A DNA stretch of 64,000 nt from positions 928,001-992,000 of the forward strand of contig OY781089.1 of assembly GCA_963676565.1 (NCBI GenBank), written 5' to 3'. The position numbers and the translations under genes are program-made. Positions 9,254 to 20,400 of this stretch are shown piece after piece. The notes beneath the pieces were generated by a model. The model was not told the origin of the DNA, did not search any database, and worked only from the letters and a program-made list of their open reading frames with translations. Numbering within the stretch: position 1 is the stretch's first letter; each line of letters opens with the position of its first letter. This stretch comes from Halarcobacter sp. (lineage in GTDB: Bacteria > Campylobacterota > Campylobacteria > Campylobacterales > Arcobacteraceae).

Positions 9254-10678
9254 ATGATTGAAAATATCAATAATGATTCTTTGGCTCCAACATCAAAGAG
9301 TGAAAAAAAATGGAAATGGTTTGAGGTGTCTAATATTTGGGCAAATGATATACAAAGTTTATTTGGATATACCCTTGTTGCATCACTTTTTATAAGTTAT
9401 CAAGTTACAGGATGGACTGCTTTTGCAGCACTTATAGTTGCAGGATTACTTGTAACTTTTTTAGTTAATATTTCAGGAAAAGCTGGTGTTGATTATGGAA
9501 TTCCATATCCAGTATTAGCAAGATCTAGTATGGGAATAAAAGGGGCAAAACTATCAGCAATTATTAGAGCAATTGTTGCAGTGTTTTGGTTTGGTGTTCA
9601 AACGTATTTTGCTTCAACTGCACTTCATCTTTTAATTACTGCCCTTACAGGTATAAAATTAGAAACAACATATTTAGGAATTGATGCTATTGGATGGTTA
9701 TCATTTTTTATTGTTTGGGTTCTTCAAATGGTTATTTTCTCAAAGGGTATGAACTGGGTTTCTAAGTTTTTAAATTTTGCTGCTCCTTTTGTTTATATAA
9801 TTATGATTGGTTTATTAGTTGTTTTATGGAGTAAATCAGGTGGTGAGTTATTTAGTGTGGCTAATAATATCTTCTCAAATGAACAATCAAGTTTAAGTAG
9901 TGAAGTTAATGGTTTTTTTGCAATTTTAGGGACAATGATTGCTTACTTTGCAGCTGTTATGATTAACTTTAGTGATTTTTCAAGATATGCAAAAGATAAT
10001 AAATCAATGGTAGTTGGAAACTTAGTTGGACTTCCTTTTAATATGGTATTTTTCTCTGCTTTAGCCCTTTTAATTACAGCTGGTTCAGTTGTTGTATTTG
10101 GTGAAAAACTTACAAATCCTATGGATATTGTTGAAAGAGCTGATAGTACAATTTTGAGTTTAATTGCTGCAATTACATTCTTTACTGCAACAGTTGGAAT
10201 TAATTTAGTAGCAAACTTTATCCCTGCTGTTAATGGTATTTCAAATTTAGCACCAAAAAAACTGTCATTTAAAAAATCAGGGCTTATTACCTCTTTCTTT
10301 GCACTTATTATTGGTGGGTTTTGGGTAAGCTTTATTAGTCAAGTTGGTATTAGTCCAATTGTTAATACTCTAGGTGCTACATTAGCTCCATTGTATGGAA
10401 TTTTAGTAATTGATTACTTTTTAGTTAAAAAACAAACTTTAGATATAGACTCTTTATATGATGAATCACAAAATAGTGAGTATTTTTATGAAAATGGATG
10501 GAATAGTAGTTCAATTATCGCTTTTATAATAGGTGCAACATTTTCTATTTGTACTGTATGGATTGAATCTTTAAGTTCATTAAATGGATATGGATGGATA
10601 ATTGGAGCAATCTTAGGAGCAATAGTGCATTTAGTTTTATCAAAAAAAGCAACACAAAATCAATTAGCATTTAATTAA
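9254..10678 (+). CDS. NCS1 nucleobase:cation symporter (allantoin/purine permease)
   Basis: GIPYPVLARSSMG, WFGVQT, NFSDFSR, NLVANF motifs. Confidence 0.92.
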   Translation: MIENINNDSLAPTSKSEKKWKWFEVSNIWANDIQSLFGYTLVASLFISYQVTGWTAFAALIVAGLLVTFLVNISGKAGVDYGIPYPVLARSSMGIKGAKLSAIIRAIVAVFWFGVQTYFASTALHLLITALTGIKLETTYLGIDAIGWLSFFIVWVLQMVIFSKGMNWVSKFLNFAAPFVYIIMIGLLVVLWSKSGGELFSVANNIFSNEQSSLSSEVNGFFAILGTMIAYFAAVMINFSDFSRYAKDNKSMVVGNLVGLPFNMVFFSALALLITAGSVVVFGEKLTNPMDIVERADSTILSLIAAITFFTATVGINLVANFIPAVNGISNLAPKKLSFKKSGLITSFFALIIGGFWVSFISQVGISPIVNTLGATLAPLYGILVIDYFLVKKQTLDIDSLYDESQNSEYFYENGWNSSSIIAFIIGATFSICTVWIESLSSLNGYGWIIGAILGAIVHLVLSKKATQNQLAFN

Positions 10679-10688
10679 AAGAGGAAAA

Positions 10689-12863
10689 ATGGGAAATAAA
10701 ATTTTACAAGGAAGTTTAAAAGTAGATGAGTCTTTATTTAATTTAGTTAATGAAGAGATTTTACCAACGACAACTATTTCAAAAGAGAGTTTTTGGAATA
10801 GTTTTGAAAATATTATTGAAGAATTATCACGGGAAAACAAAAATTTATTAGAAAAAAGAGATACCCTACAATCTTTAATTGATTCGTGGCATCAAAATAA
10901 TAAATATGATGCCAACAATTTGCTTGAATATAAAAATTTTTTAAAACAAATTGGCTATTTAATTGAATCAGATGAGAGTTTTAAAGTTGAAACTTCAAAT
11001 GTAGATGAAGAAATAGCTATTCAAGCAGGTCCTCAACTTGTGGTTCCTGTTAAAAATGCTAGGTTTGCATTAAATGCAGCAAATGCTAGATGGGGAAGTT
11101 TATATGATGCCTTATATGGAACTGATGTTATCCCAAAAGAGGGTGATTTAGCACCAACAAAAGAGTATAACATCAAAAGAGGTGAGGCAGTTGTTTCCTA
11201 TGCAAAAAAGTTTTTAGATGAATCAGTACCATTAGAAAATGGCTCATTTAAAGATGTAAAAGGGTTTAAAATTGATGGAAATATTCTTCAATTTATTTTA
11301 ACTGATAACTCATCTACAAGTTTAAAAAATAAAGAAAAGTTTCTTGGATATATAGCAGATAAAGCAAATCCTAAAGCATTGATTTTTAAAAACAATAATT
11401 TACATATTCAGATTTTATTAGATAAAGAAAGCTTCATAGGAAAGCTTGATATTGCTGGAATAAAAGATATAGTTTTAGAATCAGCAGTTTCAACGATTAT
11501 GGATTGTGAAGATTCAATTGCAGCAGTGGATGCTCTAGATAAAGTTGAAGTTTATAGAAATTGGTTTGGTCTTATGAAAGGTGATTTAGAAGAAAGTTTT
11601 ACTAAAGGTGATAAAACAATCACAAGAAAATTAAATGATGATATTGTTTATAAATCTTTAGATGGGGAAGAAAAAATCTTACATGGAAGAAGTTTATTAT
11701 TTGTAAGAAATGTAGGACATCTTATGACAAACCCTGCAATTTTAGATAAAAATGATGAAGAGGTTTTTGAAGGAATTATGGACTGTATGATGACAGTTTT
11801 ATGTTCACTTGTTGATATTGAACAAAAAAATTCTAAATCAAATTCTAGAGAAAAAAGTGTTTATATTGTAAAACCAAAAATGCATGGTCCAGCAGAAGTT
11901 GCCTTTACTGTTAAACTTTTTGAAAAGGTAGAAAAAGCCTTAAATATTCCAGAAAATACAATTAAAATTGGAATTATGGATGAAGAAAGAAGAACAACTA
12001 TAAATTTAAAAGAGTGTATAAAACAAGCAAAACAAAGAGTGGTTTTTATCAATACTGGATTTTTAGATAGAACAGGTGATGAGATTCACACTTCTATGTT
12101 AGCAGGGGCGTTTGTTGCTAAAACAAAGATGAAGGAACAAACTTGGATAAAAGCATATGAGAGTTGGAATGTTGATATTGGTTTAGAGTGTGGTTTACAA
12201 GGTAAAGCTCAAATTGGTAAAGGGATGTGGGCAATGCCAGATGAAATGGCAAAAATGATGACTGAAAAAATATCTCATCCAAAATCAGGGGCAAATACAG
12301 CTTGGGTTCCCTCTCCAACAGCAGCAGTTTTACATGCTATGCATTATCATAAAATAAATGTTTTTGAGGTTCAAAATGAACTAAAAAATAAAAAAAGAGC
12401 ATCAATTGATGATCTTTTAACACTTGCACTTATGGATGAAAATGAAATTATAAGTAAAGATGAAATAAAAAAAGAGCTTGATAACAATGCTCAAAGTATT
12501 TTAGGATATGTTGTAAGATGGGTTGATGCAGGAATTGGATGTTCAAAAGTTCCTGATATCAATAATATTGCACTTATGGAAGATAGGGCAACCCTTAGAA
12601 TCTCATCTCAACATTTGGCAAATTGGATTGAACATGGTATTTGCTCTAAAGAAGAGGTTATGGATTCTTTAAAAAATATGGCAGTTGTTGTTGATAAACA
12701 AAATGAAAATGACCCTACATATATAAATATGGCACCTTTATATGATGGCTTTGCCTTTAAAGCTGCTTGTGATTTAGTGTTTAAAGGAAAGGCTCAACCA
12801 TCAGGTTATACAGAACCATTATTACATAAATATAGACAGGAGTTTAAGCAAAATAACTTATAA
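10689..12863 (+). CDS. glcB: Malate synthase G
   Basis: GPQLVVPV, NAANARWGSLYDALYGTD, RNVGHLM, KPKMHGP, MDEERRT, LMEDRATLRISSQ. Confidence 0.97.
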   Translation: MGNKILQGSLKVDESLFNLVNEEILPTTTISKESFWNSFENIIEELSRENKNLLEKRDTLQSLIDSWHQNNKYDANNLLEYKNFLKQIGYLIESDESFKVETSNVDEEIAIQAGPQLVVPVKNARFALNAANARWGSLYDALYGTDVIPKEGDLAPTKEYNIKRGEAVVSYAKKFLDESVPLENGSFKDVKGFKIDGNILQFILTDNSSTSLKNKEKFLGYIADKANPKALIFKNNNLHIQILLDKESFIGKLDIAGIKDIVLESAVSTIMDCEDSIAAVDALDKVEVYRNWFGLMKGDLEESFTKGDKTITRKLNDDIVYKSLDGEEKILHGRSLLFVRNVGHLMTNPAILDKNDEEVFEGIMDCMMTVLCSLVDIEQKNSKSNSREKSVYIVKPKMHGPAEVAFTVKLFEKVEKALNIPENTIKIGIMDEERRTTINLKECIKQAKQRVVFINTGFLDRTGDEIHTSMLAGAFVAKTKMKEQTWIKAYESWNVDIGLECGLQGKAQIGKGMWAMPDEMAKMMTEKISHPKSGANTAWVPSPTAAVLHAMHYHKINVFEVQNELKNKKRASIDDLLTLALMDENEIISKDEIKKELDNNAQSILGYVVRWVDAGIGCSKVPDINNIALMEDRATLRISSQHLANWIEHGICSKEEVMDSLKNMAVVVDKQNENDPTYINMAPLYDGFAFKAACDLVFKGKAQPSGYTEPLLHKYRQEFKQNNL

Positions 12864-12946
12864 AACTGCTTATAAAATAAACAATTGTAAATATAGTAAA
12901 CTATATTTTTTAGATAAAATATCATACAAAACAAAGGGGGTATTGG

Positions 12947-13630
12947 ATGTTTTTAACAAATCGTGAACAAGAAAAATTGATGATTTATACAGCGTCAAAG
13001 CTTGCACTTGAAAGAAAAGAAAAGGGATTAAAACTAAATTTCCCAGAAGCAAATGCGATTATAAGTTCTTTTATACTTGAAGGAGCTAGAGAGGGTAAAA
13101 GTGTTGCTCAACTTATGGTAGATGCTACAAAAGTTTTAAAGGCAGATGATGTTATGCCTGGTGTTGCTTCTATGATGCATATGGTTCAAACAGAAGCTAC
13201 TTTTGATGATGGTACAAAACTTGTTACAGTTCACAATCCAATACCTGTAAATCAAACTGAGATAACTCCTGGTGAATATTTTATTGATGAGGGTGAAATT
13301 GAATTAAATGAAGGTAGTGAAGTTACTACAATAGAAGTTGAAAATGTAGGAGATAGACCTATTCAAGTGGGTTCTCATTATCACTTCTTTGAAACAAATG
13401 CCTTTTTAGATTTTAATAGAGAATTAGCTTATGGTCAAAGATTAAATATCCCAAGTGGTACTTCTGTTAGATTTGAACCAGGTAGTAAAAAACAGATTGA
13501 AGTAGTTCCATTTAAAGGGAAAAGATATATAGCAGGATTTAATGGTTTAGTAAATGGTTATTTAGATGAAAAAGAGACAAAAGAAAAAGCAATGAAGAAT
13601 TTAGAAACATTTATTGGAGAGAGATCATGA
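12947..13630 (+). CDS. ureA: Urease fused gamma/beta subunit (Helicobacter-type UreA)
   Basis: [12 protein letters not shown] (gamma) fused to [20 protein letters not shown] (beta). Confidence 0.96.
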   Translation: MFLTNREQEKLMIYTASKLALERKEKGLKLNFPEANAIISSFILEGAREGKSVAQLMVDATKVLKADDVMPGVASMMHMVQTEATFDDGTKLVTVHNPIPVNQTEITPGEYFIDEGEIELNEGSEVTTIEVENVGDRPIQVGSHYHFFETNAFLDFNRELAYGQRLNIPSGTSVRFEPGSKKQIEVVPFKGKRYIAGFNGLVNGYLDEKETKEKAMKNLETFIGERS

Positions 13631-15330
13631 AGATAAGTAAATCAAAATATGCATATATGTATGGACCAACAACAAATGATAGATTTAGACTTGCAGACAC
13701 CTCTTTAATTGCAAAAATTGAAAAAGATTATACAACATATGGAGAAGAGTCAAAATTTGGTGGTGGTAAAACTATTAGAGATGGAATGAGTCAATCTCCA
13801 TTAGCTGTTGAAACTGCTGATTTGATTATTACAAATGCTGTTATTATTGATTATACAGGTATTTATAAAGCTGATATAGGTATCAAAGATGGAAAAATTT
13901 CAGCTATTGGAAAATCGGGTAATCCATACAATTGTGATGGTATAACTGAAGGCTTAGAGATAGGTGCAAATACAGAAATACTTTCAGCTGAGGGAAAAAT
14001 TATAACTGCTGGTGGGATAGATTCACATATTCATTTTATAAGTCCTGGTCAAATTGATGAAGCACTAGCAAGTGGAGTTACTACTATGATTGGTGGGGGA
14101 ACAGGACCAAACACAGGAACAAACGCTACAACTTGTACTCCAGGTGAGTTTAATATTCAAAAGATGATTGAATCTGTAGATGATTTACCATTAAACTTTG
14201 GATTTATGGGAAAAGGAAATAGTTCAAATTATGATGCTTTAAAACATCAAATTGAAGCTGGTGCCATGGGATTAAAACTTCATGAAGATTGGGGAACAAC
14301 TCCAAATGCCATTGATACATGTTTAAAAGTTGCAGATGATTTTGATGTTCAAGTTGCTATTCATACAGATACTTTAAATGAATCAGGATTTGTAGATAAT
14401 ACAGTAAATGCTTTTGCTGGAAGAACAATTCACACTTTCCATAGTGAAGGAGCTGGAGGTGGTCATGCCCCTGATATTATGAAAGTAGCTGGTTTAGAAA
14501 ATATCTTACCATCAAGTACAAATCCAACTTTACCATATACAAAAAATACAATAGAAGAACACCTTGATATGCTTATGGTTTGTCACCATTTAAGTCCAAA
14601 AATTCCTGAAGATGTGAGTTTCGCAGAAAGTAGAATTAGAGGTAATACAATTGCCGCAGAAGATGTTTTACATGATATTGGAGCAATTTCAATTACAAGT
14701 TCAGATTCACAAGCTATGGGAAGAGTAGGAGAAGTGGTTACAAGAACTTGGCAAGTAGCAGATTCTATGAAAAAACAAAGGGGCGCTTTAGAAGGTGATG
14801 ATTCTTTAAGTGATAATGAGAGAATTAAAAGATATGTTGCAAAATATACTATAAACCCTGCTATTGCTTGTGGTATTGATGAACATGTTGGAAGTGTTGA
14901 AGTTGGTAAAATGGCAGATTTAGTTCTTTGGACACCTGCATTTTTTGGAGTTAAACCAGAACTTATCATAAAAGGTGGATTTATTGCTTTAGCTATGATG
15001 GGTGATTCAAATGCATCTATTCCAACACCTGAACCAAATGTTTATAGACCTATGTTTGGAAGTTTAGGGAAAGCCGCAGCTAACACAAGTGCAATGTTTG
15101 TATCCCATTTAGCAATTGATAGAGGACTTGAAGAAAAGCTTGATACAAAAAAAGTGATGCTTCCTGTTAAAAACACAAGAAATATTGGTAAAAAAGATAT
15201 GAAGTTAAATGATTTTATCGGGGATATTCAAGTTGACCCTGAAACATATGATGTAACAGTAAATGGTGAAACTATAACTTCAAGTTACCAAGAAGAATTG
15301 CCAATGGCAAAAAAATACTTCTTGTTTTAG
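13627..15330 (+). CDS. ureC: Urease alpha (catalytic) subunit
   Basis: [45 protein letters not shown] intact. Confidence 0.98.
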   Translation: MKISKSKYAYMYGPTTNDRFRLADTSLIAKIEKDYTTYGEESKFGGGKTIRDGMSQSPLAVETADLIITNAVIIDYTGIYKADIGIKDGKISAIGKSGNPYNCDGITEGLEIGANTEILSAEGKIITAGGIDSHIHFISPGQIDEALASGVTTMIGGGTGPNTGTNATTCTPGEFNIQKMIESVDDLPLNFGFMGKGNSSNYDALKHQIEAGAMGLKLHEDWGTTPNAIDTCLKVADDFDVQVAIHTDTLNESGFVDNTVNAFAGRTIHTFHSEGAGGGHAPDIMKVAGLENILPSSTNPTLPYTKNTIEEHLDMLMVCHHLSPKIPEDVSFAESRIRGNTIAAEDVLHDIGAISITSSDSQAMGRVGEVVTRTWQVADSMKKQRGALEGDDSLSDNERIKRYVAKYTINPAIACGIDEHVGSVEVGKMADLVLWTPAFFGVKPELIIKGGFIALAMMGDSNASIPTPEPNVYRPMFGSLGKAAANTSAMFVSHLAIDRGLEEKLDTKKVMLPVKNTRNIGKKDMKLNDFIGDIQVDPETYDVTVNGETITSSYQEELPMAKKYFLF

Positions 15331-15341
15331 GAATAAATATT

Positions 15342-15776
15342 ATGATTTGTAAAGTAACAGAAATTATTAGAGATGTAGAAGCAGATGATGAGGTACTACT
15401 AGATTGGTTTGATATGCAAAAACCGAATCTATGTGCAATAAGTAAAAATGGTTTAGAGTTTATTGTTAAAGCAAAATATACTCATCTTCATGAAAATGAT
15501 ATTTTAGTTTGTGAAGATGGGCATAAAATAAAAATCTCTAAATCAGAAGATGAGATTTATACTTTAACATTTTCTGACCATATCACTTTTGCAAGAATTG
15601 CATATGAGATAGGAAATAGGCATCAGCCAGTTTGTATAGAGGATTACAAAATCACAATTTTAGAAGATATCTCAACCCAAGATATTATTAAAGCGTGTGA
15701 ATCTATTGATAAAGTAGAAGTAAAAAAACATAGGGGTATTTTTAAACCAAATGGTAATGCACACCACAGTCACTAA
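15342..15776 (+). CDS. ureE: Urease accessory nickel chaperone UreE
   Basis: AYEIGNRH motif, C-terminal HHSH. Confidence 0.9.
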   Translation: MICKVTEIIRDVEADDEVLLDWFDMQKPNLCAISKNGLEFIVKAKYTHLHENDILVCEDGHKIKISKSEDEIYTLTFSDHITFARIAYEIGNRHQPVCIEDYKITILEDISTQDIIKACESIDKVEVKKHRGIFKPNGNAHHSH

Positions 15777-16458
15777 TAGTAAAAATCAAGCAAGAGCTTT
15801 AAGTAGATTTTTACAACTTCTAGATGGAGTTTTCCCCTCTGGAGCATTTGTTCATTCCTTTGGACTAGAACCTCATATTGTTTTAGATTTTGTAAATGAT
15901 AAAGAATCTTTAAAGCAATATCTAGAAAATATAGTAATAGATCAATATCAAAATCTAGAGTTTGTAGCTGTAAAAAAAGCATATAAACTATTAGAAGAAG
16001 ATAGATTAAATCATTTAGTAAAAGAGGATGAAAAATTTTCTTCAATGCTTAGTTTTGAATATGCTAAAGCTTCAAAAGATTTAGGTGAAAACTATTTAAA
16101 GCATATAAATTTTGATATAAAAGAAAAGATTGTTCAAGAGTATTTTGAATTTGTAAAAAATAAAAAAAGTTTTGGGAATGAACTTTTCATTTTAAGTGCG
16201 TATGCTTATGAATTGGGACTTGAATGTGATACATTTTTACTTTTCTGGACAAAAAAGGCTTTGATAAATATAGCAAGTGCTAGTTTAAAAATATCTAGGA
16301 TTAAACCAACTGAAATACAACAGATTTTGTTTTGGTTTGATGAGGTTTTAGAAGAGAAAATTAGTTCAAGTTCAAAGAACATAAGTAACTTCAATCCTTT
16401 ATTTGAAGAAGTTATCTTTAGTCACTTAAATCTTGAACCAAAAATGTTTGCAACATAG
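15751..16458 (+). CDS. ureF: Urease accessory protein UreF
   Basis: QLLDGVFPSGAFVHSFGLE; C-terminal H....KMFAT. Confidence 0.92.
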   Translation: MVMHTTVTNSKNQARALSRFLQLLDGVFPSGAFVHSFGLEPHIVLDFVNDKESLKQYLENIVIDQYQNLEFVAVKKAYKLLEEDRLNHLVKEDEKFSSMLSFEYAKASKDLGENYLKHINFDIKEKIVQEYFEFVKNKKSFGNELFILSAYAYELGLECDTFLLFWTKKALINIASASLKISRIKPTEIQQILFWFDEVLEEKISSSSKNISNFNPLFEEVIFSHLNLEPKMFAT

Positions 16459-16561
16459 GATAATTGTCTTTTTACACAATTTCTTCGTTAAAAGTTCATT
16501 CATTTACAGTAGTAAACTTCATAAACTTTTGCCTTGAACTTGCACAAAAAATTCAATTATC
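16459..16561. repeat. About 100-bp nested imperfect inverted repeat
   Basis: GATAATTG...AAAAGTT..TTTAC-AGTA-GTAAA..AACTTTT...CAATTATC. Confidence 0.6.
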
Positions 16562-16605
16562 AAGTTTTTTGAAGAGAAGTATTTGGTATTTTTTTAGATA
16601 GAAAG

Positions 16606-16714
16606 AAAATTTATATTAACTACATAAGAAAACCTCTGCAATGGTAGGGTAAAAATCTTTGATTTTTGGGCACCCACCATGAAGCCGTTTTCATTGTGGT
16701 TGATATAAGTTTTT
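16606..16714. repeat. Second long nested inverted repeat upstream of ureG
   Basis: TTATATTAACTACATAAGAAAAC..ATGGTAGGGT-AAAAATC-TTT-GATTTTT..ACCCACCAT..GTTTTCATTGTGGTTGATATAA. Confidence 0.65.
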
Positions 16715-16731
16715 ACAGGATAGGAAATTTT

Positions 16732-17319
16732 ATGAGTATTAAAATAGGAATAGCAGGACCAGTAGGAAGTGGAAAAACTTCTATTATTGAAAAACTAACA
16801 AATATGTTAAAAGATGAACACTCTTTAGGTATTGTTACAAATGATATATATACAAAAGAAGATGCAAATTATCTAAAAAATAAACTTGATTTAAATAATG
16901 ATCAAATCATTGGAGTTGAAACAGGTGGTTGCCCTCATACAGCAATTAGAGATGATATCTCTATGAATCAAAAAGCAATTGAAGAGCTTGAAGAAAAATT
17001 CAATCCTGATATTATCTTTGTGGAAAGTGGAGGGGATAATCTTAGTGCTACTTTTTCATATGAATTAATTGATTATTATCTTTATGTAATTGATGTGGCT
17101 CAAGGAGCTGATATACCAAGAAAAAAAGGTGCAGGACTACTATTTTCAGACCTTTTAGTTGCAAATAAAACTGACCTTTGCCCTTATGTAAATGTGGATT
17201 TAGAAAGTTACAAAAAAGATGTTCATGAAAGTAGAAAAAATAAACCAAGTATCTTCTTATCAAACCAAGATGAACAAAGTTTTGATAAATTAAAAGAGTG
17301 GATAAAAGCCTTAATATAA
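16732..17319 (+). CDS. ureG: Urease accessory GTPase UreG
   Basis: GPVGSGKT, TNDIYT, TGGCPH, ESGGDNL, NKTDL; ATG 16732 after AGGA. Confidence 0.96.
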   Translation: MSIKIGIAGPVGSGKTSIIEKLTNMLKDEHSLGIVTNDIYTKEDANYLKNKLDLNNDQIIGVETGGCPHTAIRDDISMNQKAIEELEEKFNPDIIFVESGGDNLSATFSYELIDYYLYVIDVAQGADIPRKKGAGLLFSDLLVANKTDLCPYVNVDLESYKKDVHESRKNKPSIFLSNQDEQSFDKLKEWIKALI

Positions 17320-17431
17320 GTATTTTTTTAGACGGGATTTAAATAGTATAATTATTATTCAGAAGTCAAAAATGTTTTTAGTATTATTTGCGTATAATCT
17401 TATAACTTTAGAAACAAAAGGTTAAGTCTAT

Positions 17432-20400
17432 ATGAATACAAAAAATAATGATTCTTTATTAGATGAATATTTTAATTCAATTGAAAAAATAATTCTTTCA
17501 AGACAAGATCCAATAACAGGTTTATTACCAGCAAGTACCGCTATTACAGCACATGGAGATTATACTGATGCCTGGGTTCGAGACAATGTATATAGTATAC
17601 TTTGTGTTTGGGGTCTTAGCCTTTCTTATAAAAAATATGACCCGGACCATTTTAGAACATATTATTTAGGACAAAGTGTTGTAAAACTAATGAGAGGTCT
17701 ACTTTTATCAATGATGAAACAATCTGATAAGGTGGAAAGGTTTAAACACACCCTAAATCCAACTGATGCACTTCATGCTAAGTATGGTACTAAAACAGGA
17801 CTTCCTGTTGTAGGTGATGATGAATGGGGGCATTTACAGCTTGATGCAACTTCAATTTTTATTTTAATGTTAACTCAAATGATTGCTTCAGGACTTAGAA
17901 TAGTATATAGTATTGATGAGGTTAATTTCGTTCAAAACTTAGTACATTATATTAGTAGAACATATTGTACTCCTGATTTTGGTATTTGGGAAAGAGGACA
18001 TAAAATCAATACTGGTAATGCAGAGATTAATTGCAGTTCAGTTGGTATGGCAAAAGCAGCACTTGAAGCAATAGATGGTTTTAACCTTTTTGGAAATGTT
18101 TCATCAAAAGAATCAATAATTCATGTTATTCCAAGTGATGTAGCAAGATCTAGATTTACTTTATATAATCTACTACCAAGGGAATCAAGTTCTAAAGAAA
18201 CAGATGCAGCACTATTAAGTATCATTGGATTTCCAGCTTATGCAATTGAAGATAAGCAAATTGTTAAAAAAACAAAAGATAAAATCCTTAAAAAACTTCT
18301 TGGAAACTATGGTTGCAAAAGATTCTTACTTGATGGTCACCAAAGTTTTTTAGAAGACCATACAAGATTACACTATGAAGTTGATGAGTTAAGAGAATTT
18401 GAAAATATTGAATCTGAATGGCCATTGTTTTTTACATATTTACTTTTAGATTCCTTGATGCAAGGAGATAAAGAGGAAGCAAAATATTGGAGAGATAAGC
18501 TTGAAACTTTATTTGTGGAAGTTGATGGAGTTAAATTATTACCAGAACTATATATTGTTCCAAAAGATTTAATTGATGCAGAAAAACAAAATCCAGGTAG
18601 TCAAAAAAGAGTTCCAAATGAAAATATACCTTTAGTTTGGGCTCAAAGTTTATTTTTACTTTCAGATATGATTCAAAATGATTTATTAACTCCAAGTGAC
18701 ATTGATCCTTTAAATAGAAGAAAAAGAATTGGACATAAAAGAAAAACTTATCCAATGGTTACTTTCTTAAGTGAAAATGAGATTGTTAAACAAGAGTTAT
18801 TAAATTTAGGTTTTGAAAGTGAAACTTTTGAAGACTTGAAACCTTTAAAAATAATGCATGCTTCTCAACTAAGTGAAGTACAAAATCTTATTGGGAAAAA
18901 TGACAAATTAGGATTAAGTGGTAGACCATCGTGGGTACCACGGTCTATAACAACTGCAAGATTGTATATTTTAGCTGGTGAAAAAATATTATTCTTACCA
19001 TACTATTTTAATCCAAAAGGTTTTTATTTTAGTCATGATAATAAATTTTTAGTTGAACAATTCAAAGCTTCACTAATATTTCTAGCAAATCATTGGGACC
19101 AAGCAGGTCAACCTATTTTGCCTTTTTTAATTAGGGAAGATATGTTAAATGATATTAACAGAGATAAGGTTCTAAAACTTTTAAATGAACTTCAAAATGG
19201 AAGTATTGAAGGTTTTGAGATAAAAACTGCTCCATTGGGACAACTTTTAAATACTGCTGCCGTTGAAAGAGTTCAAAACCTTCATGGTTTTGAGTTAAAA
19301 AGCTTTGAGGCAAACTCTGATAATAGAACTTTTTATAGTACCTCTTTATTAGGTTGTGATGCTAAAAATAGCGAAGAGAATTTAAGTTCATATAATTTTA
19401 AAGATGACAATGAATTACAAAATCTACTTAATGAAAATATTTCATTAAAGGCAAAAGCACATATTATTGAAATTTTATATTCAAGATTTGGGTTTGATTA
19501 TAAAGTTCAAAGTGAAGATAAATATATAGATTTAAAATCATTGGCTCAATACTATTATGAAAATGGATCTAATTGTCATAATTGGGCTGTTGTAAGAAAA
19601 ATGGCAGATATTTTAGAAATATTTGATGATAGATTAGAGGATTCACTTTTAGAAGTTATCATTAGACAAAAAAGATTAGCTGTTGGAAGAGCGTATAGCG
19701 AAAGTGCAACATTTTCAAAACCACTTGAAAGCTTCAATATTTTAAAAACTATAAAAGAATCATGTGGGGAAAATTCCGCTGAAAATGTTTTAACACAAGA
19801 GATACTTTTACATATAGGACATTTAATTAGAATTGAACCTAAACTTTTTGAAAATATGATTACAATTAGAACATGGTATTTAGTTCAACTTCTTGTATCA
19901 AATATTAGTAGAGAAAATTCTGTTCCTATTGGAGATGCCTATGAATATCTTCTCTCTTTGGCTCCCCATGCAGTTTATGATAATCTTAGGGTTATTTTAG
20001 AATCATTTTCAAATGAAGTTGGAATGATGAAACAAAATGAAAATATCCAAGCCTCAGGAGTAGAAGATATTCAAAAAATTTCTACACCTAATGAAAAAGT
20101 TGAAATAGAGATGGATAAAGATTGGGCCATTTGGAGAAAAAATATAGGGATGATAGGAAGTACAAATTCACAATTTTATAAAGGTGTTTGGTACTTACTT
20201 CAACAATGTAATGGTTTAGTTATTGGGGATAAGTATAATCAGTACAATAGAATGGGGTCTGATTTAACCCTTGATACAACAGCAGGGGAGAGAAACTTTG
20301 AATTAAGGGTTGATTCTTTGCTTCAAAGCATAAAGGCTTCAGAATACAGACAATTAAACATCGAAGCCTTACAATCTTTATCTAGAGTCTTTAAAGAAAA

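Noticed and set aside
12947..15330. Possible accessory-independent iron urease (Helicobacter mustelae UreA2B2 type) explaining the missing ureD
   Set aside because: ureE, ureF and ureG are present and adjacent, which points to an ordinary nickel urease
16666..16731. TTG-initiated N-terminal extension of UreG (MGTHHEAV...) suggesting a His-containing leader
   Set aside because: Lies inside the hairpin; ATG 16732 has the RBS and matches the normal UreG start
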